Source: Heterodontus francisci
Taxonomy: Eukaryota
Assembly: GCF_036365525.1 (NCBI RefSeq)
Contig: NC_090380.1
Location: 77,749,784-77,813,783 of the forward strand
Length of the DNA stretch: 64,000 bases
Reading direction: 5' to 3'
The notes under the pieces were generated by a model that did not search any database, was not told where the DNA came from, and was given only the letters and a program-made list of their open reading frames with translations. Made by a program: the position numbers and the translations under genes. This document shows, piece after piece, positions 62,625 through 64,000 of the stretch. The stretch's first letter is position 1, and each line of letters opens with the position of its first letter.

Positions 62625-64000
62625 GTAAGTCATAGTCATTTATGGCACACAAGGTGGCCATTCGGCCCCTCAATTCCATGCCAGCTCTCCATGGAGCTAC
62701 AGTCAGTCCCACTACCCCACTCAATCCCTGTAGCCCTGCAAGTTTATTTCCTCCAATTTCCTTTTGAAGTTATTGATTGTTTCCACTTCCTCCACCCTTG
62801 TGGACAGCAGGTTCCAGGTCATTACCACCCGCTGTGTAAAGAAGTGCTTCCTCACGTTTCCCCCTGCATTTCTTCCCCGAAACCTTCAATCTGTGTCCTC
62901 TAGTCCTTGTACCATTAGTTAATGGGAACAATGTTTCCTTGTCTAACTTATCTAAAACTGTCATCATCATGTACACTTCTATTAAATCTCCCCTCAACCT
63001 CCTTTTAAGGAGTACAGCCCCATCTTTTCCAACCTAACCTTGTAACTAAAATCCCCATCACTGGAACCATTCCGGTAAATCACCTCTGCACCCTCTCAAG
63101 AACCTTCATATCCTTCCTAAAGTGTGGTGACCAGAACTGGATGCAGTACTCCAGTTGGGGCCTAACCAGAGCTTTATAAAGGTTCAGCAAAACTTCCCTG
63201 CTTTTGTCTATGCCTCTGTTTATGATGCTCAAGATCCCGCATGCTTTACTAACCACTCTCTCAACATGTCCTACCACCGTCAAAGATCGATGCACGTGCA
63301 CCCTTAAGTCCCTCTGTCCCTGCACGCTCTTTAGAACTGTGCCATTAAGTCTATATTGCCTCTCCCTATTCCTGGTGCCAAAATGCATCACCTGACACTT
63401 GTCAGTATTAAATTCCATCTGCCACCTGTCTGCCCACTCCACTGACCTATCTATATCCTGCTGCATGCAGTTCATATCATCCTCACATTGCCACACCTCC
63501 AAGTTTGGTGTCACTGGCAAATTTTGAGATTCTTCTCTGTATTCCAAGATCTAAGTCATTTATATATAGCAAAAAAAAAAGTGGTCCTAGCACTGACCCT
63601 TGGGGAACACCACTGTCTACCATCCTCCAGTATGAAAGATAACCATATCCTATAACTCGCTGTTTTCTGTCCTTAAACCAATTTTTCATCCAATTGGACG
63701 CTGACCCTCCTATTCCATGAGCTGCAATTTTGGTAACCAGCCTTTTATGTGGTACCTTATGTTTTTTTTTAAATCCATATAAACAACATCCAGTACATTC
63801 CCTTCATCAACCTTCTCTGTTACTTCATCAAAAAATTCAATTAGATTAGTCAAGCATGATCTGCCTTTTACAAATCCATGCTGGCTATCCTTAATTAACT
63901 TGAACCTCTCTAAGTGTCTGTTGATTTTTTTCCCTGATTATTGTTTCTAAAACCTTACCCACCATTGATAAACTATCTGGCCTGTGGTTGCTGGGACTGT
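62625..64000 (-). mobile_element. CR1/HER1-type LINE RT and 3' end, running off the window
   Basis: NWFKDRKQRV...SGVPQGSVLGPLFFLLYINDLD...KFASDTKLGG; LVRPQLEYCIQFWSPHFRKD. Confidence 0.92.

Noticed and set aside
1-64000. CRISPR arrays, rRNA or prokaryotic systems
   Set aside because: This is eukaryotic intron- and repeat-rich DNA; no regularly spaced repeats or rRNA signatures were seen.

Overview
This is vertebrate genomic DNA, most likely from a shark or other cartilaginous fish (inferred from HE1-type V-SINEs, SacSINE1/DeuSINE-type SINEs and abundant CR1, RTE and Penelope repeats). It holds three host genes. (1) The 5' exons of an unidentified minus-strand gene (about 3.4-5.4 kb) with a CDE/CHR cell-cycle promoter element and a KEN box. 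(2) The complete coding sequence of an fbxo40-like gene on the minus strand (ATG micro-exon 28898-28900, large exon 24439-26346, last exon 12331-12564; about 714 aa), with a candidate MEF2/TATA promoter near 34.2 kb. (3) Exons 1-2 of taf13 on the plus strand. Most of the rest is nested transposon debris. The standout is a 3.3-kb non-autonomous Gypsy-like LTR element (18750-22043; paired LTRs, tRNA-Leu PBS, PPT, target-site duplication) in the last fbxo40 intron. Its RT/RNaseH/integrase region is replaced by a Myc-family segment (Myc box IV, NLS-like stretch, bHLH-leucine zipper) fused in frame to the gag-protease region. This mirrors the gag-myc layout of defective acutely transforming retroviruses, but in a retrotransposon, and both LTRs carry an E-box palindrome. 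All assignments are by eye; no database searches were run.
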